A stretch of DNA of 64,000 bases from Phycisphaeraceae bacterium (GCA_963674705.1 OY771506.1:1760001-1824000); one strand, 5' to 3'. Numbered from the stretch's first letter, positions 50,048 through 60,253 are shown. Numbers and translations are program-made. Notes: a model not told the origin generated them from the letters alone.

Positions 50048-52450
50048 ATGCGGATGCCTCATCTGATACTGTTCGGATTGGTTTTGTTGTTGAGCGCGGG
50101 GATCGCGCGTGCGGCTGAGTCGGAAGCTGTTACGTTCAAGGGGCGGGTAGTCGACGTCGATGGTAAAGCGATCGGGGGCGCGGATGTTGTCGTGCTTGGT
50201 GCTGATATTGATTTGTTTGTTGGGCCGCAGACCAAGCTTATTGCGCAGACGAAGGCTGATGATGAAGGTGCGTTTAATGTGGCTTCTGAGTCGGTCGGTA
50301 ACTGCGAGCGGATTTTAGTCGCGGCACGACACGACGGGCTTGCGCTTGGTTCGTGGAACGGCGCGTTAAGTGAATTGCCCGAAGCGCTGACGTTGAAACT
50401 TGGCAGCGCGCAGACGATCGCTGGCACGGTCGTGGATGAATCGGAGCAGCCTGTCGCCGGGGCGACGATCAAGGCGATGCTGCGTTGGAACGATGGTGAT
50501 CACGTCAATTCGTTGATCGCACATGAAGCGATCCCCGAGCTGATTGTGAAGACGGATGATGCGGGGCGGTTTGAGTTTCAAGCGGTGCCTGAGGGGGCGG
50601 GCGCGATCATGGCTGTACAGGCCAAAGGTTATGCGACGCAGTTGAAGCCCGAGTCTACTTTGCAAGGCATACCCGCGGGGACGGCAGATACAAAGATCGT
50701 CATGCTAAAAGGCTCGACGATCAACGGCCGGGTAACAGCCAACGTTGAGGACGCGACGCTAAAAGGCCTTACAGTGGTTGGACAGTTCAACAGGTATCCT
50801 TACCTGACAGACGAACGTGCGGTGACGGATGCGGACGGCAAGTTCACGTTGACGGACCTGCCTGCCGGTGAAGTGAAGCTGATCGTTGTGCCCGGGAAGG
50901 TTGATCTGTCACAGGAACTAAGCGAAGCCGACCTGCCGTTTGCGTGTGTCGATGAGGTGAAGGTGGCCGGGCCTGGCAGCGAGCAGGATGTGACGCTGGC
51001 GCTTCAGCGCATGGCGATACTCGAAACGACCGTGATGAATCGTATGTCACAGGAGCCGGTTGCGGATGCGACGTTCCACTATGAGCATCGGCAGGACAAG
51101 CTGAAAAGCACGGTGCAGACGGATGAAAAAGGGAACGGTCGGGCGTTGGTGTTGCCCGGGCCTTACCTGGTTTATGCGGAGCATCCGGACTTTACGCGCA
51201 ACGGCGTTCGTCGGATCGTGACACTCGGTGAAGGTCAGACGATGCAGGTGCCGGTCGGCCTGGTGCAGGCGCAGATGTTGACCGGCACGGTGAAGGATGC
51301 GCAGGGCAACCCGATCAAGGACGCGAAGGTGGAGGCTATGCCTTCAAGTCAATATCCATCGGTCAAGACTGATGCGGATGGCAGGTTCAAGATGCAGTGG
51401 GAGCCCGCGAACTGGGGGCAGGACATCACATCACTACTGATCGTGCGTGATATGAAGAATGATCGGGCGATCGCGGTCCCGATCGACGATACGTTCAAAT
51501 CGTTCGACCTGACGCTACAAAAGGGTGCGTCGTTTACCGGGCGCGTTCTGACGGAAGAGGGCGAACCTTTAGAAAACGCGACTGTTTCAATTACCCTCTT
51601 CGGCGGTAATTGGGGCAGCAGTCTTTCCGGAGAGAACACGGTCCGTTCGGATGCGGACGGGCGATTCAAGGTTGTCGGCCTGCCGGCACAGGCTGGTTAT
51701 CACCTCTCGGCTACCGCGGATGGGTACGGCCAATTCACCTGGCGGTTCGACAACGTCGAGTCGACCGAGAATGTCCTGGATGATGCGAAGCTGCTCAAGG
51801 CCGATCAGACACTGACGGGCACGGTCGTGGATTCCAATGGCAAACCCGTCGCCAAGGCGCGCGTGCAGGTGTATGGAGACGACCAAGTCAACAAGAACGT
51901 TGAAGCCGATGACGAAGGTAAGTTCAAGATCGAAGGTTTGTGCAAGGGGTATGCGAACCTGTTCGTGCAGTCTCAGGGCGCGCCGCACATGTACGGCCAG
52001 TACTATGCGAAGGTGGATCAGAAAGAAGTGAAGATCGTGATTTCCGAGCAGGGGATGAACCAGGAGCCTGCGGCGGAAGTGATACCCGAATCGATTGAGG
52101 GACAGCAGGCGCCTGACTTGAGCACGTTGGGTCTTGAAACGGCGCCGGAAGGCAAGCCGGTGTTGGTGCTTTTTATAGATGCGAAGCAGAGATCCTCACG
52201 GCATGCGTTGTCTGATCTGCTCAAGAAGATGGGTGGCAGCAATAGCGCGCATGTCGTCGTTGTGCAGGTCGGTGAGGCGGATGATGCGTTGATCAAGGCG
52301 CAGAACATCAAGCTGCCGGTGGCGCGCGTGACGGAAGATGTGGAAGATGTATGTGTGAAGTGGGGCGTTCCGGCGGTGCCGTGGTACGTGCTGGCCGATC
52401 CGAAGGGGAACGTCGTGCACAGCGGCGCAACACTTTCAGCGGCGCAGTAA
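50048..52450 (+). CDS. Exported protein with repeated carboxypeptidase-regulatory-like beta domains and a C-terminal thioredoxin-like domain lacking CxxC
   Basis: Repeated GxVVDxxGxPVAGA...TDxxGRF units; C-terminal GKPVLVLFIDAKQRSS...WGVPAVPWYVLADPKGNV. Confidence 0.8.
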   Translation: MRMPHLILFGLVLLLSAGIARAAESEAVTFKGRVVDVDGKAIGGADVVVLGADIDLFVGPQTKLIAQTKADDEGAFNVASESVGNCERILVAARHDGLALGSWNGALSELPEALTLKLGSAQTIAGTVVDESEQPVAGATIKAMLRWNDGDHVNSLIAHEAIPELIVKTDDAGRFEFQAVPEGAGAIMAVQAKGYATQLKPESTLQGIPAGTADTKIVMLKGSTINGRVTANVEDATLKGLTVVGQFNRYPYLTDERAVTDADGKFTLTDLPAGEVKLIVVPGKVDLSQELSEADLPFACVDEVKVAGPGSEQDVTLALQRMAILETTVMNRMSQEPVADATFHYEHRQDKLKSTVQTDEKGNGRALVLPGPYLVYAEHPDFTRNGVRRIVTLGEGQTMQVPVGLVQAQMLTGTVKDAQGNPIKDAKVEAMPSSQYPSVKTDADGRFKMQWEPANWGQDITSLLIVRDMKNDRAIAVPIDDTFKSFDLTLQKGASFTGRVLTEEGEPLENATVSITLFGGNWGSSLSGENTVRSDADGRFKVVGLPAQAGYHLSATADGYGQFTWRFDNVESTENVLDDAKLLKADQTLTGTVVDSNGKPVAKARVQVYGDDQVNKNVEADDEGKFKIEGLCKGYANLFVQSQGAPHMYGQYYAKVDQKEVKIVISEQGMNQEPAAEVIPESIEGQQAPDLSTLGLETAPEGKPVLVLFIDAKQRSSRHALSDLLKKMGGSNSAHVVVVQVGEADDALIKAQNIKLPVARVTEDVEDVCVKWGVPAVPWYVLADPKGNVVHSGATLSAAQ

Positions 52451-52510
52451 CCACGAAAAGGTAATAAGTGTTTTTAAGCAGCCCCATGCGGGAGCGTGGG
52501 GTTGTTTTTA

Positions 52511-52652
52511 TTTAGCCACGAAAAGGCACAGAAGACACAAAAAGAGCTGGGTATTGGAATCTTTGGAAGCAGGGATATTCAGGCGGGTTTTCTGCGATAT
52601 AAAGATTATGAGATGGGGCTCGTTTTGTGTCTTCTGTGCTTTTTTGTGGCTG
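52511..52652. repeat. Inverted pair of repeat family D (TTAGCCACGAAAAGGCACAGAAGACACAAAA)
   Basis: Forward copy at ~52512, reverse copy at ~52623-52652; other copies near 59763 and 61788. Confidence 0.75.
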
Positions 52653-52789
52653 AAGTTCTGCTCTGCTTTTTGCCAGAAAAATGCACAAGAATCACAAAAG
52701 GGCGGGTGTTTGGAATCCGCGGAGCTTGGATTCATCAAGAGTACAAGTCTGTGTGTTCAACTTGGTATTGATTGAACTGTATGAAGATC

Positions 52790-52995
52790 GCCCCATAGGG
52801 GCGTCGGGTTGTAGCCACGGGTCTAGCGAAGCGTAACCCGTGGAAGTTAGTGTTATACATTTTACGTCGCCCCGGAAGGGGTGAAGGCGGTGTTCCTGCC
52901 ATCCCTGTCGGGGCGGAGCGGATTTATCACTATCTCATATCCACGGGTTACGCTGCGCTGCACCCGTGGCTACATGCTGTAACCCCTTCGGGGTA
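52790..52995. repeat. Composite inverted REP-like element
   Basis: tagccacgggt...cgtaacccgtgga near 52812 and tccacgggttacg...cacccgtggcta near 52940, with CGCCCC..GGGG hairpins. Confidence 0.65.
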
Positions 52996-53188
52996 TGCCT
53001 TGCTCTGTATCTGGGATAGTCTCAGGTTTTCTGAGATACAAGTCTTAGATTGCCGGCTACATTTTGTGTTTTCTACACTATTTTGTGGCTGAACTCCTGT
53101 TTCAAAGACTGACTTTTATGGCATACTCAGTACTGTATCCGTAGATACCGATAGGGTATGATGGTCAGACTTTCTGTGGAGGTTCGTC

Positions 53189-54604
53189 GTGACATCAGCG
53201 ATACATCGTGATCTGCTTCGACAGTTGCCTTCGGTTAATGATCTGCTGGCTGATGCGCGGACGGTCGCGTGGCTGGCGGAGCATCCAAGGGAGCTGGTGA
53301 CGGACTGCCTGCGTACGGCGGTGGATACGCTGCGCGAGCAGATCCTTTCCGACCAGGCTGGGCGGTGCGGGGTTCAGCATGTCAATATGGAATCGGTGCT
53401 CGACCGTGCGGAGGCCGAAGTCGCGAAGCGCACTTCGCCGAACATGCACGCGGCGATCAACGCGACGGGGATCATCCTGCATACGGGGTTAGGCAGAGCG
53501 GTGTTGCCAGCCCGCGCGGTCGAAGCGATCGGGCAGGAGTTGAAAGGTTACGTCACGCTTGCGGTCGACCGCGAGACGGGCGAGCGGATCAACCGCGACC
53601 AGATGGTCGAATCACTGCTATGCGAACTGACCGGCGCGGAGGCGGCGACGGTCGTGAACAACAACGCGGCGGGGACGATGCTCGTGCTTGCGGCGCTTGG
53701 CGCGGGGCGTGAAGTGATCGTTTCGCGTGGTGAGCTTATTGAGATCGGCGGCGCGTTCCGCCTGCCTGACGTGATGGCGCAGAGCCAGTCGAAGATGGTG
53801 GAGGTCGGCACGACAAACCGCACGCACCTGCGCGATTACGAAAACGCGATGACGGAAGACACGTCGCTTTTGTTTAGAGCGCATCCGAGTAATTACCGGA
53901 TCGTCGGATTTACGAGCGCGGTACCGATCGAATCGCTGGCGGAGCTGGCGCATGGGCGCGGGCTTGCGGTGGTGGATGATCTTGGCGCGGGGGCGTTGGT
54001 GGGGTTGGAGAAGTTTGGATTGCCGCACGAGCCGACGATGCGTGAATCGATCGAAGCCGGTGCGGATATCGTGCTGGCGAGTACGGATAAACTGATCGGT
54101 GCGGGGCAGGGGGGCGTGATCGTCGGCAAGAAAGAACTGATAAAGAAGATTAGAAAACATCCTCTAGCGCGTGCGATGCGTGTAGATAAGACCTGTTTGA
54201 TGGCGCTTGAGCGTACGCTGCCGCTATTCAGGGATATCAAGCTATTGAAGCGCGAGCATCCGACGTACATGATGCTGTCGTCGCCGATGGAAACATTGAC
54301 CGAGCGTGCGGAAGCGCTGGCGGCCGCGATCCGAAAGGTGTTGGCGACTGCTGAGGTCGAGGTTTGCGAGGATGTGGGATATCTGGGGTCGGGTTCGCTG
54401 CCGAGCGAGGCGCTACCTTCGATGGCGGTGCGTTTGCGCGTGGCTTCGATGAAGGTTGCGCATCTAGCCAAGGCGCTTCGGCTTGATGATGCGTGTGTGT
54501 TTACGCGTGTGACGGATCAGACAGTGGTGATGGATACACGCACGATCACGGATGAACAGGTGGAATTGATCGCCGCCGCGGTGAAGCGGTGCGTGGGATC
54601 GTGA
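53189..54604 (+). CDS. selA: L-seryl-tRNA(Sec) selenium transferase
   Basis: INATGIILHTGLGRA, VVNNNAAG, SRGELIEIGGAFRLPDVM, EVGTTNRTH, HPSNY, DLGAG, STDKLIG. Confidence 0.96.
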   Translation: MTSAIHRDLLRQLPSVNDLLADARTVAWLAEHPRELVTDCLRTAVDTLREQILSDQAGRCGVQHVNMESVLDRAEAEVAKRTSPNMHAAINATGIILHTGLGRAVLPARAVEAIGQELKGYVTLAVDRETGERINRDQMVESLLCELTGAEAATVVNNNAAGTMLVLAALGAGREVIVSRGELIEIGGAFRLPDVMAQSQSKMVEVGTTNRTHLRDYENAMTEDTSLLFRAHPSNYRIVGFTSAVPIESLAELAHGRGLAVVDDLGAGALVGLEKFGLPHEPTMRESIEAGADIVLASTDKLIGAGQGGVIVGKKELIKKIRKHPLARAMRVDKTCLMALERTLPLFRDIKLLKREHPTYMMLSSPMETLTERAEALAAAIRKVLATAEVEVCEDVGYLGSGSLPSEALPSMAVRLRVASMKVAHLAKALRLDDACVFTRVTDQTVVMDTRTITDEQVELIAAAVKRCVGS

Positions 54605-54763
54605 AGTGTTATACAAGTTTAATCCTCCGGATATGGGTGCCACACTTTGACCGCGCAGCGGCAAAGTGTGTGGTACGAAGCGCACTTTGCCCTTCGAGAT
54701 AAAGTGTGGCACCCGAAGGTGTACAAAACAGTTTGATGTATTAGTAACTTCCGGGGTGCGATT

Positions 54764-56707
54764 ATGCCTGATAAACATAAGAACATCATGCTTGGTACGG
54801 CCGGTCACGTCGATCACGGCAAGACGTCGCTGGTGAAGCTGCTGACCGGTTGTGATACGGATCGATTAGCTGAAGAAAAACGGCGCGGCTTGACGATCGA
54901 GCTCGGCTTTGCGCCATGCAAGATGACGGACGATCGGATCGTCGGCATCGTGGATGTGCCGGGGCATGTTTCTTTTATCCGGCACATGGTCGCGGGGGCG
55001 CATGGGGTTGATGTGATCATTCTTGTGGTTGCTGCGGACGACGGTGTGATGCCTCAGACGCGCGAGCATCTGGATGTGATGACGTTGATGGGGGCGCGTC
55101 GTGGGTTGGTTGCGCTGACGAAGATCGATCTTGTTGATGAAGAAATGCGCGAGCTTGCGATAGAGGATGTACGCGGCGCGTTGGCGGAGACGTTTTTAGC
55201 TGATGCGCCGATCTGCCCGGTATCGAACGTGACGGGCGAAGGGTTTGAAGGATTTTTCAAGGCACTGGATGAGCAGGTCGCGGCGTGCGAGCCGCGCGTT
55301 TCGTTTGGGCCTTACCGGCAGTGGGTGGAGCGGTCGTTTATCGCGCATGGTTTTGGCGTGGTCGCGTCGGGGATACCGACGACGGGGGAATTGAAGGTTG
55401 GGGAGTATGTGCGTGTTTTGCCGGGCGATCTGAAGCTTCGCGTACGGGGGCTGCAGGTGTATGGCGATGATGCGCAGGTCGCGCGGTTGGGCGAATGCGC
55501 TGCGGTGAACCTGGCGGATGTGGACCTGGAACGTTTGCCGCGCGGCGTGGTGTTGACGACCTCGACGACGCTTGGCACGGTATCGCAGTGCGCGGCACGT
55601 TTGCGGACGCTTGGGCGCTCGAAGCGAGCGCTTCGTGACGGGACAGAGGTGCATCTGCATGTAGGGACGGAGTATGTGCAAGCGAAAGTGATTGCGCTGG
55701 AAGGGGGTCCGATCGAACCGAGCGATGAAGCGCTGGTGCAGTTGCGATTTGAACGGGAGTTACCGGTTTCGCCGGGCGATCGGTTTGTTGTAAGGACGCA
55801 TGTTGAAGAAGCCGGCGGCTTGACGACGATCGGCGGGGGCGTGGTGCTGGACACGACGGATAAACGTATGCGGCGGAAGCGCGTGGAGGTATTGGAGCCT
55901 TTAAAGAAGCGTGAGGCGGCGCTGGGTGATCCGGCGGCATGGTGTTTGGCGCTGCTTGAGGAGGTGGAAGAGTCGATGACGGTGGAAGCGCTAGTGGAGC
56001 GCGCGGTGTTGCTTGAATGCGAGGTTGAGCCGGCGCTTGATGCATTGAAGCAGCGAGAGGATGTGGTGGCGCTGGATGATCGGCGCGTGTTGGCGAAGCG
56101 CGTGATCGAACGCGCGGGCGAGAAGATTGTTGAGCGGTTGCGTGAAGAGCATGCGGCGAATCCTGATAAGTTCGGCTTGACGACAGCGATATTGGTTAAC
56201 GCGCTTGAAATGGATGGGGATGTTGCTGCGAATGCGGTGGCGGGGTTGTGCGATAGCGGCACCATGACGCGGCAGGGGGAGTTGCTTGCGCTGGCGGAGC
56301 ATCGGCCTGCGATCAGCGCGGCGGATCAGAAGTTGCTTGATGCGATAGTTGATCTATATAAGAAGGATCACTTCGCGGCGAAGCGGCCGAGCGAGGCGGC
56401 GGAGGCGCTGGGCGAGCCGATGAAGCGCGTGCAGCCGATGGTGAAGATGCTGATCGAGCGTGGGGATCTGGTGAAGCTGACAGACCAGATCGTGATGCAT
56501 CGTGACGCGGTCACGGCGGCGGTGGGCGTGGTGCGGGATTTGTTTGAGAAGTCAGAGCGCTTTTCTACGGCCGAATTCCGCGATGCGCTGGGCGCAAGCC
56601 GTAAGTATGTAATCCCCTTGCTTGACTATTTTGACCACGAACGTCTGACGATCCGCCACGGCAGCGAGCGAAAGCCCGGGGCAAAGTTGCGGGAAGAGGT
56701 CGGCTGA
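54764..56707 (+). CDS. selB: Selenocysteine-specific elongation factor
   Basis: GTAGHVDHGKT, EEKRRGLTIELGFA, DVPGH, MPQTREH, TKID; C-terminal winged helix FRDALGASRKYVIPLLDYFD. Confidence 0.97.
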   Translation: MPDKHKNIMLGTAGHVDHGKTSLVKLLTGCDTDRLAEEKRRGLTIELGFAPCKMTDDRIVGIVDVPGHVSFIRHMVAGAHGVDVIILVVAADDGVMPQTREHLDVMTLMGARRGLVALTKIDLVDEEMRELAIEDVRGALAETFLADAPICPVSNVTGEGFEGFFKALDEQVAACEPRVSFGPYRQWVERSFIAHGFGVVASGIPTTGELKVGEYVRVLPGDLKLRVRGLQVYGDDAQVARLGECAAVNLADVDLERLPRGVVLTTSTTLGTVSQCAARLRTLGRSKRALRDGTEVHLHVGTEYVQAKVIALEGGPIEPSDEALVQLRFERELPVSPGDRFVVRTHVEEAGGLTTIGGGVVLDTTDKRMRRKRVEVLEPLKKREAALGDPAAWCLALLEEVEESMTVEALVERAVLLECEVEPALDALKQREDVVALDDRRVLAKRVIERAGEKIVERLREEHAANPDKFGLTTAILVNALEMDGDVAANAVAGLCDSGTMTRQGELLALAEHRPAISAADQKLLDAIVDLYKKDHFAAKRPSEAAEALGEPMKRVQPMVKMLIERGDLVKLTDQIVMHRDAVTAAVGVVRDLFEKSERFSTAEFRDALGASRKYVIPLLDYFDHERLTIRHGSERKPGAKLREEVG

Positions 56708-56750
56708 AAAGACATGAGATTTTATTGTATTATGTGGGTAAGCAACTACA

Positions 56751-58073
56751 ATGGTGGACAGTTGCCGCGGCGGTTTTGCCGTGATTCCGAAAGGGTTTTT
56801 TGTGATTGTATTACGCCGATTAGCCGCTGCGATGTTGCTGGCCGGCGGTGTAATTGTGTGTGCGGATGTGCAGGCGGAAATCAGTTTCCGTGCTGCTGAC
56901 CCGAGGGCGACGTTATGCCACGCGCCGCGTGTGGTGGATACGTTCACAGCATCATCGGCGGGGAGGCTGAGCAGTTCGGCGGTGGTGGGGACATTGAATA
57001 CACATTACGGGCCTATCCATGTCGCGATCGATCCGCGCGGCACGAGTGAGCCTTACAACGTGACGTTTGATTTCACCGGCACGGGCAGGTTTGAAGACCC
57101 GACCGAGGTGCGCGTCATCGCACGCAAGCATGGCGACTACTTCTGGGGTGAGTTGACGCCGACGGTCGTGGAACTTTCACGTGGCGGGCATAAGATCAGC
57201 GTCGGCATCATGGGGATGGTGTATCGCTCAAGCGACAGCCAATCGGTCGATGTGATGTTCGGCGCCATGATGGAAACGTCGTGTGCGTTCGGCTCGCAGA
57301 CGCTTGATGTCGACATTATGGACGGCGATCAGAACTTCTACTTTGGTGATAAGTCAGCAAAGCGCGGGTTCAAGGTCGAGGTCGGCGACACACTGGTTGT
57401 GCATAAGGACAATCAACGGTACATGGTTTTGGTCGGCCAGCCGGTGCAGATCGATGGTGCGTGGTACGACATCGTCGTGCATGAAGATTATTCACTTGAA
57501 GCGAAGCCTGTGAATATCACGGTGGGCAAGTTACAGATCGATAAGGGCGACTGGTCCGCGATCTTTGTCGGCAGGCGGTATGTCTGCGGCGCAAAGGGTG
57601 GGACGGAGGCGGTCACGCTGCCGGCTGATTCTTACACCATCGTGCGCTACGATGAACGCAGCGGCACCGCGATGGTGTCGTGTCAGAGTGATAACGGCCC
57701 GAGCGCGTCGGTGCAGGCTGGACAGACGGCGCAGGTGAGTATCGGCACGCCGATCGCGGGCATCCCGGTCATGTTCCAGCAGGGCGATACCGTCAGCATC
57801 CGCGCGAAGATGATCGATTCAAGCGGGATGAACGTGACGGAACTTCGGCTTGAAAGTGGATTGCGTCCGGAGCCGCCTGTCGTGGCGGTGTTTGATAGTA
57901 GCGGTCACGTGCTGCATCAGGCCGCACTGGAATATGGGTGAGGTGGCATATGTTCGCACTCATGGCGGGTGCCATCCAATGCAGGCCGGGGCGGATCGCT
58001 GACAGCGGTCATGAAGTACGAGGCGAAGCCGTTCACGGTCAAGCTCGGACGGACGGACTTCAACGTGCGCTGA
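56751..58073 (+). CDS. Exported protein, predicted selenoprotein (UGA at 57939-57941; LEYG-U-GGIC)
   Basis: Lies between selB and selD; signal-peptide-like N-terminus (true start may be ~56802); frame continues 43 codons past the TGA; motif and hairpin shared with the 48564 gene. Confidence 0.85.
57956..57972 (+). promoter_or_regulatory. SECIS-like hairpin (apical part)
   Basis: GCACTC(57956-61)-ATGGC-GGGTGC(57967-72); same loop and same 20-nt distance from the UGA as at 49814. Confidence 0.8.
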
Positions 58074-58167
58074 ATTATTTTGTGATTCACACGCGCGGCA
58101 GCGCGCAGGCGCAGGCACAATCGCAATCCTGTTTACTTTTCCTTTCCTCTTTCCCCCTTAAAACAAC

Positions 58168-59748
58168 ATGAAAATTGACTACACCAAGCGACGCCAGGTG
58201 ATGGCCCGATCGCGCAAGCTCGGGCATTGTATTTGTGATCCACGCAGGCCTTGCCCGTGCGATGTGTTTACCGAGCAGGGCATCTGCCCCTGTGCCGGGG
58301 AAAGGCCGGACCCGATCCCCGCCGATCAGGTGAAGCTGACGGACCTGGTGCGCAACGCAGGTTGTGCATCGAAGATTGCGCCGGGCGATCTGGATACGGT
58401 GTTGTCGCGCTTGCCGGAGATCACGGACCCGCGCGTGTTGTGCGGCGTCGCGGCGGGGGACGATGCGGGTGTGTATCAACTCGATGGCGAGTGCCTGGTG
58501 CAGACGGTTGATGTGATGACGCCTTGCGTAGACGATGCGCGGATGTTCGGGCGGATATGCGCCGCCAATTGCGTGTCGGATATTTATGCGATGGGCGGGA
58601 CACCACGTTCCGCGCTGAGCGTTCTTGCTTTCCCGACAGAAACGCTTTCCGGGCAGATCATGTACGAGATGATGAGCGGCGCGATGGAAGTGCTGGCAGA
58701 AGCAGGTGTCGCGCTGATCGGCGGGCACAGTATCAAGGACGAGCAGATCATGCTCGGCTTTGCGATCACCGGCACGATCGACCCGAAGCGCGTCACACAG
58801 CGCGGCACCGCGCGCGTCGGCGATGTCCTGGTACTGACCAAACCGCTAGGCACGGGCGTATTGAACTTTGCACGCCAGATCGGTAGAGCGCCGCAGGAAG
58901 GTTTAGCACAAGCGGAAACCTCAATGGCGACGCTTAACCGTGCGGCCGCGGAAGCCATGGTGCAATGCGATGCCTCTGCATGCACGGACGTCACCGGTTT
59001 TGGTTTGTTCGGCCACCTCGCGGGCATGGTCCGTCACTCCAAAGTCACCGCCGAGATCGACCTGGATACGCTTCCTTCTTTCGATGGCGCACTCGATCTG
59101 TTGGCAAGCGGCATGATCCCCGGCGCGGTCGAGCGTAATAAAGAATACGTCGGCGATGATATTATTTTTGCCGAAGATGTGGATGAACCACGCCTGCACC
59201 TCGGATTCGATGCGCAGACGTCGGGTGGTTTGCTGATCGCGGTCGAGCCGAAGCACGTGGATGAATTGCTAAAAATGCTATCCGCTGATGGCGTGACGGG
59301 ATACGCTGTCGGGCGAATCACCGAAAAGTCGGACGGCCGGATTGTGGCTCAATCCATGGGGGCGACGGTCACAACGCCGGCGGCAAACGAAGCCGAAGAA
59401 GTTGTCGCTTCGCACGCTGCCGTGCAAACACACGAAGCTGTGCCCGTCGGCATCGGTGAATCCCGCCGCGCGTTCGGCGCATTGATGCGCTCGACATCGC
59501 AGGCCGGCACGATCGATGAGAAGACCAAGACACTGATCAACATCTCCCTCGTGACATTGCAGCGCTGCGGCCCCTGTTTGAAGTCACACCTCGGCAAGGC
59601 ACAAAAACTGGGCATCGATGAGAACCGCATCGATGAAGCCATCTGGTGCGCGATAGCGATGGGCGGCGCGTGCGTGAAGGTGTTTTATGATGAGTTTAAG
59701 CAGAATGAATCCGGCGGGGGTGATGGTGGAGTGTATTCGTGTTGTTGA
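58168..59748 (+). CDS. selD: Selenophosphate synthetase (Cys form) with a Cys-rich N-terminal extension and a C-terminal CMD/AhpD-like domain
   Basis: AGCASK, DDAGVY, QTVD, ANCVSDIYAMGG, GGHS, LTKPLGTG, TDVTGFGLFGH, DAQTSGGLL; extra terminal domains read from the translation. Confidence 0.95.
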   Translation: MKIDYTKRRQVMARSRKLGHCICDPRRPCPCDVFTEQGICPCAGERPDPIPADQVKLTDLVRNAGCASKIAPGDLDTVLSRLPEITDPRVLCGVAAGDDAGVYQLDGECLVQTVDVMTPCVDDARMFGRICAANCVSDIYAMGGTPRSALSVLAFPTETLSGQIMYEMMSGAMEVLAEAGVALIGGHSIKDEQIMLGFAITGTIDPKRVTQRGTARVGDVLVLTKPLGTGVLNFARQIGRAPQEGLAQAETSMATLNRAAAEAMVQCDASACTDVTGFGLFGHLAGMVRHSKVTAEIDLDTLPSFDGALDLLASGMIPGAVERNKEYVGDDIIFAEDVDEPRLHLGFDAQTSGGLLIAVEPKHVDELLKMLSADGVTGYAVGRITEKSDGRIVAQSMGATVTTPAANEAEEVVASHAAVQTHEAVPVGIGESRRAFGALMRSTSQAGTIDEKTKTLINISLVTLQRCGPCLKSHLGKAQKLGIDENRIDEAIWCAIAMGGACVKVFYDEFKQNESGGGDGGVYSCC

Positions 59749-60253
59749 ATGGGTGAAAAGAATTAGCCACGAAAAGACACAGAATACACAAAAAGGGCTG
59801 GGATTTGTGTCTTTGATAGCCGCATTGCGATGCTATGCGGCGGTAACAGAAGTTGTTGAGCATTTGGGATAACGTCGCGGCGATCTGCGAACGTACGCTA
59901 CTCGGGAGGGTATAGCCGCGACCAGTGGTCGCGCAGGTATTGTGTTTGTTGAATGTGAAGAGCGCGACCGATGGTCGCGGCTATACAGGCGGTTGGAAAT
60001 GGCGAATGCACGAATGTCGAATGACGGATTACAAATGACGAGTGTGTGAGTAGGTCATTTGGCATTTGTCATTTGAGCATTCTTTCGTTATTCGACATTC
60101 TTTAATCGTGCATTTCAAGCACTCAGGCCCTCACCCCGGCCCTCTCCCGAGGGGAGAGGGGGTAGATGCATATAACATTGTGTGAACAGCCCCACGCGGG
60201 AGCGTGGTGTTAATTACCCGACCAGGATGGTCGGGCTATATCTAATGCAGTTG

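Noticed and set aside
52496..53092. Short ORFs between the large exported gene and selA
   Set aside because: They are translations of repeat elements, with no coding signal.
58071..58085. Second TGA in candidate 2 as another Sec
   Set aside because: Followed by AT-rich sequence and another stop three codons later; treated as the true stop.
59740..59766. selD ends CC-TGA; possible Sec read-through
   Set aside because: Only MGEKN follows before TAG, the downstream sequence is a family D repeat, and I see no SECIS-like hairpin.
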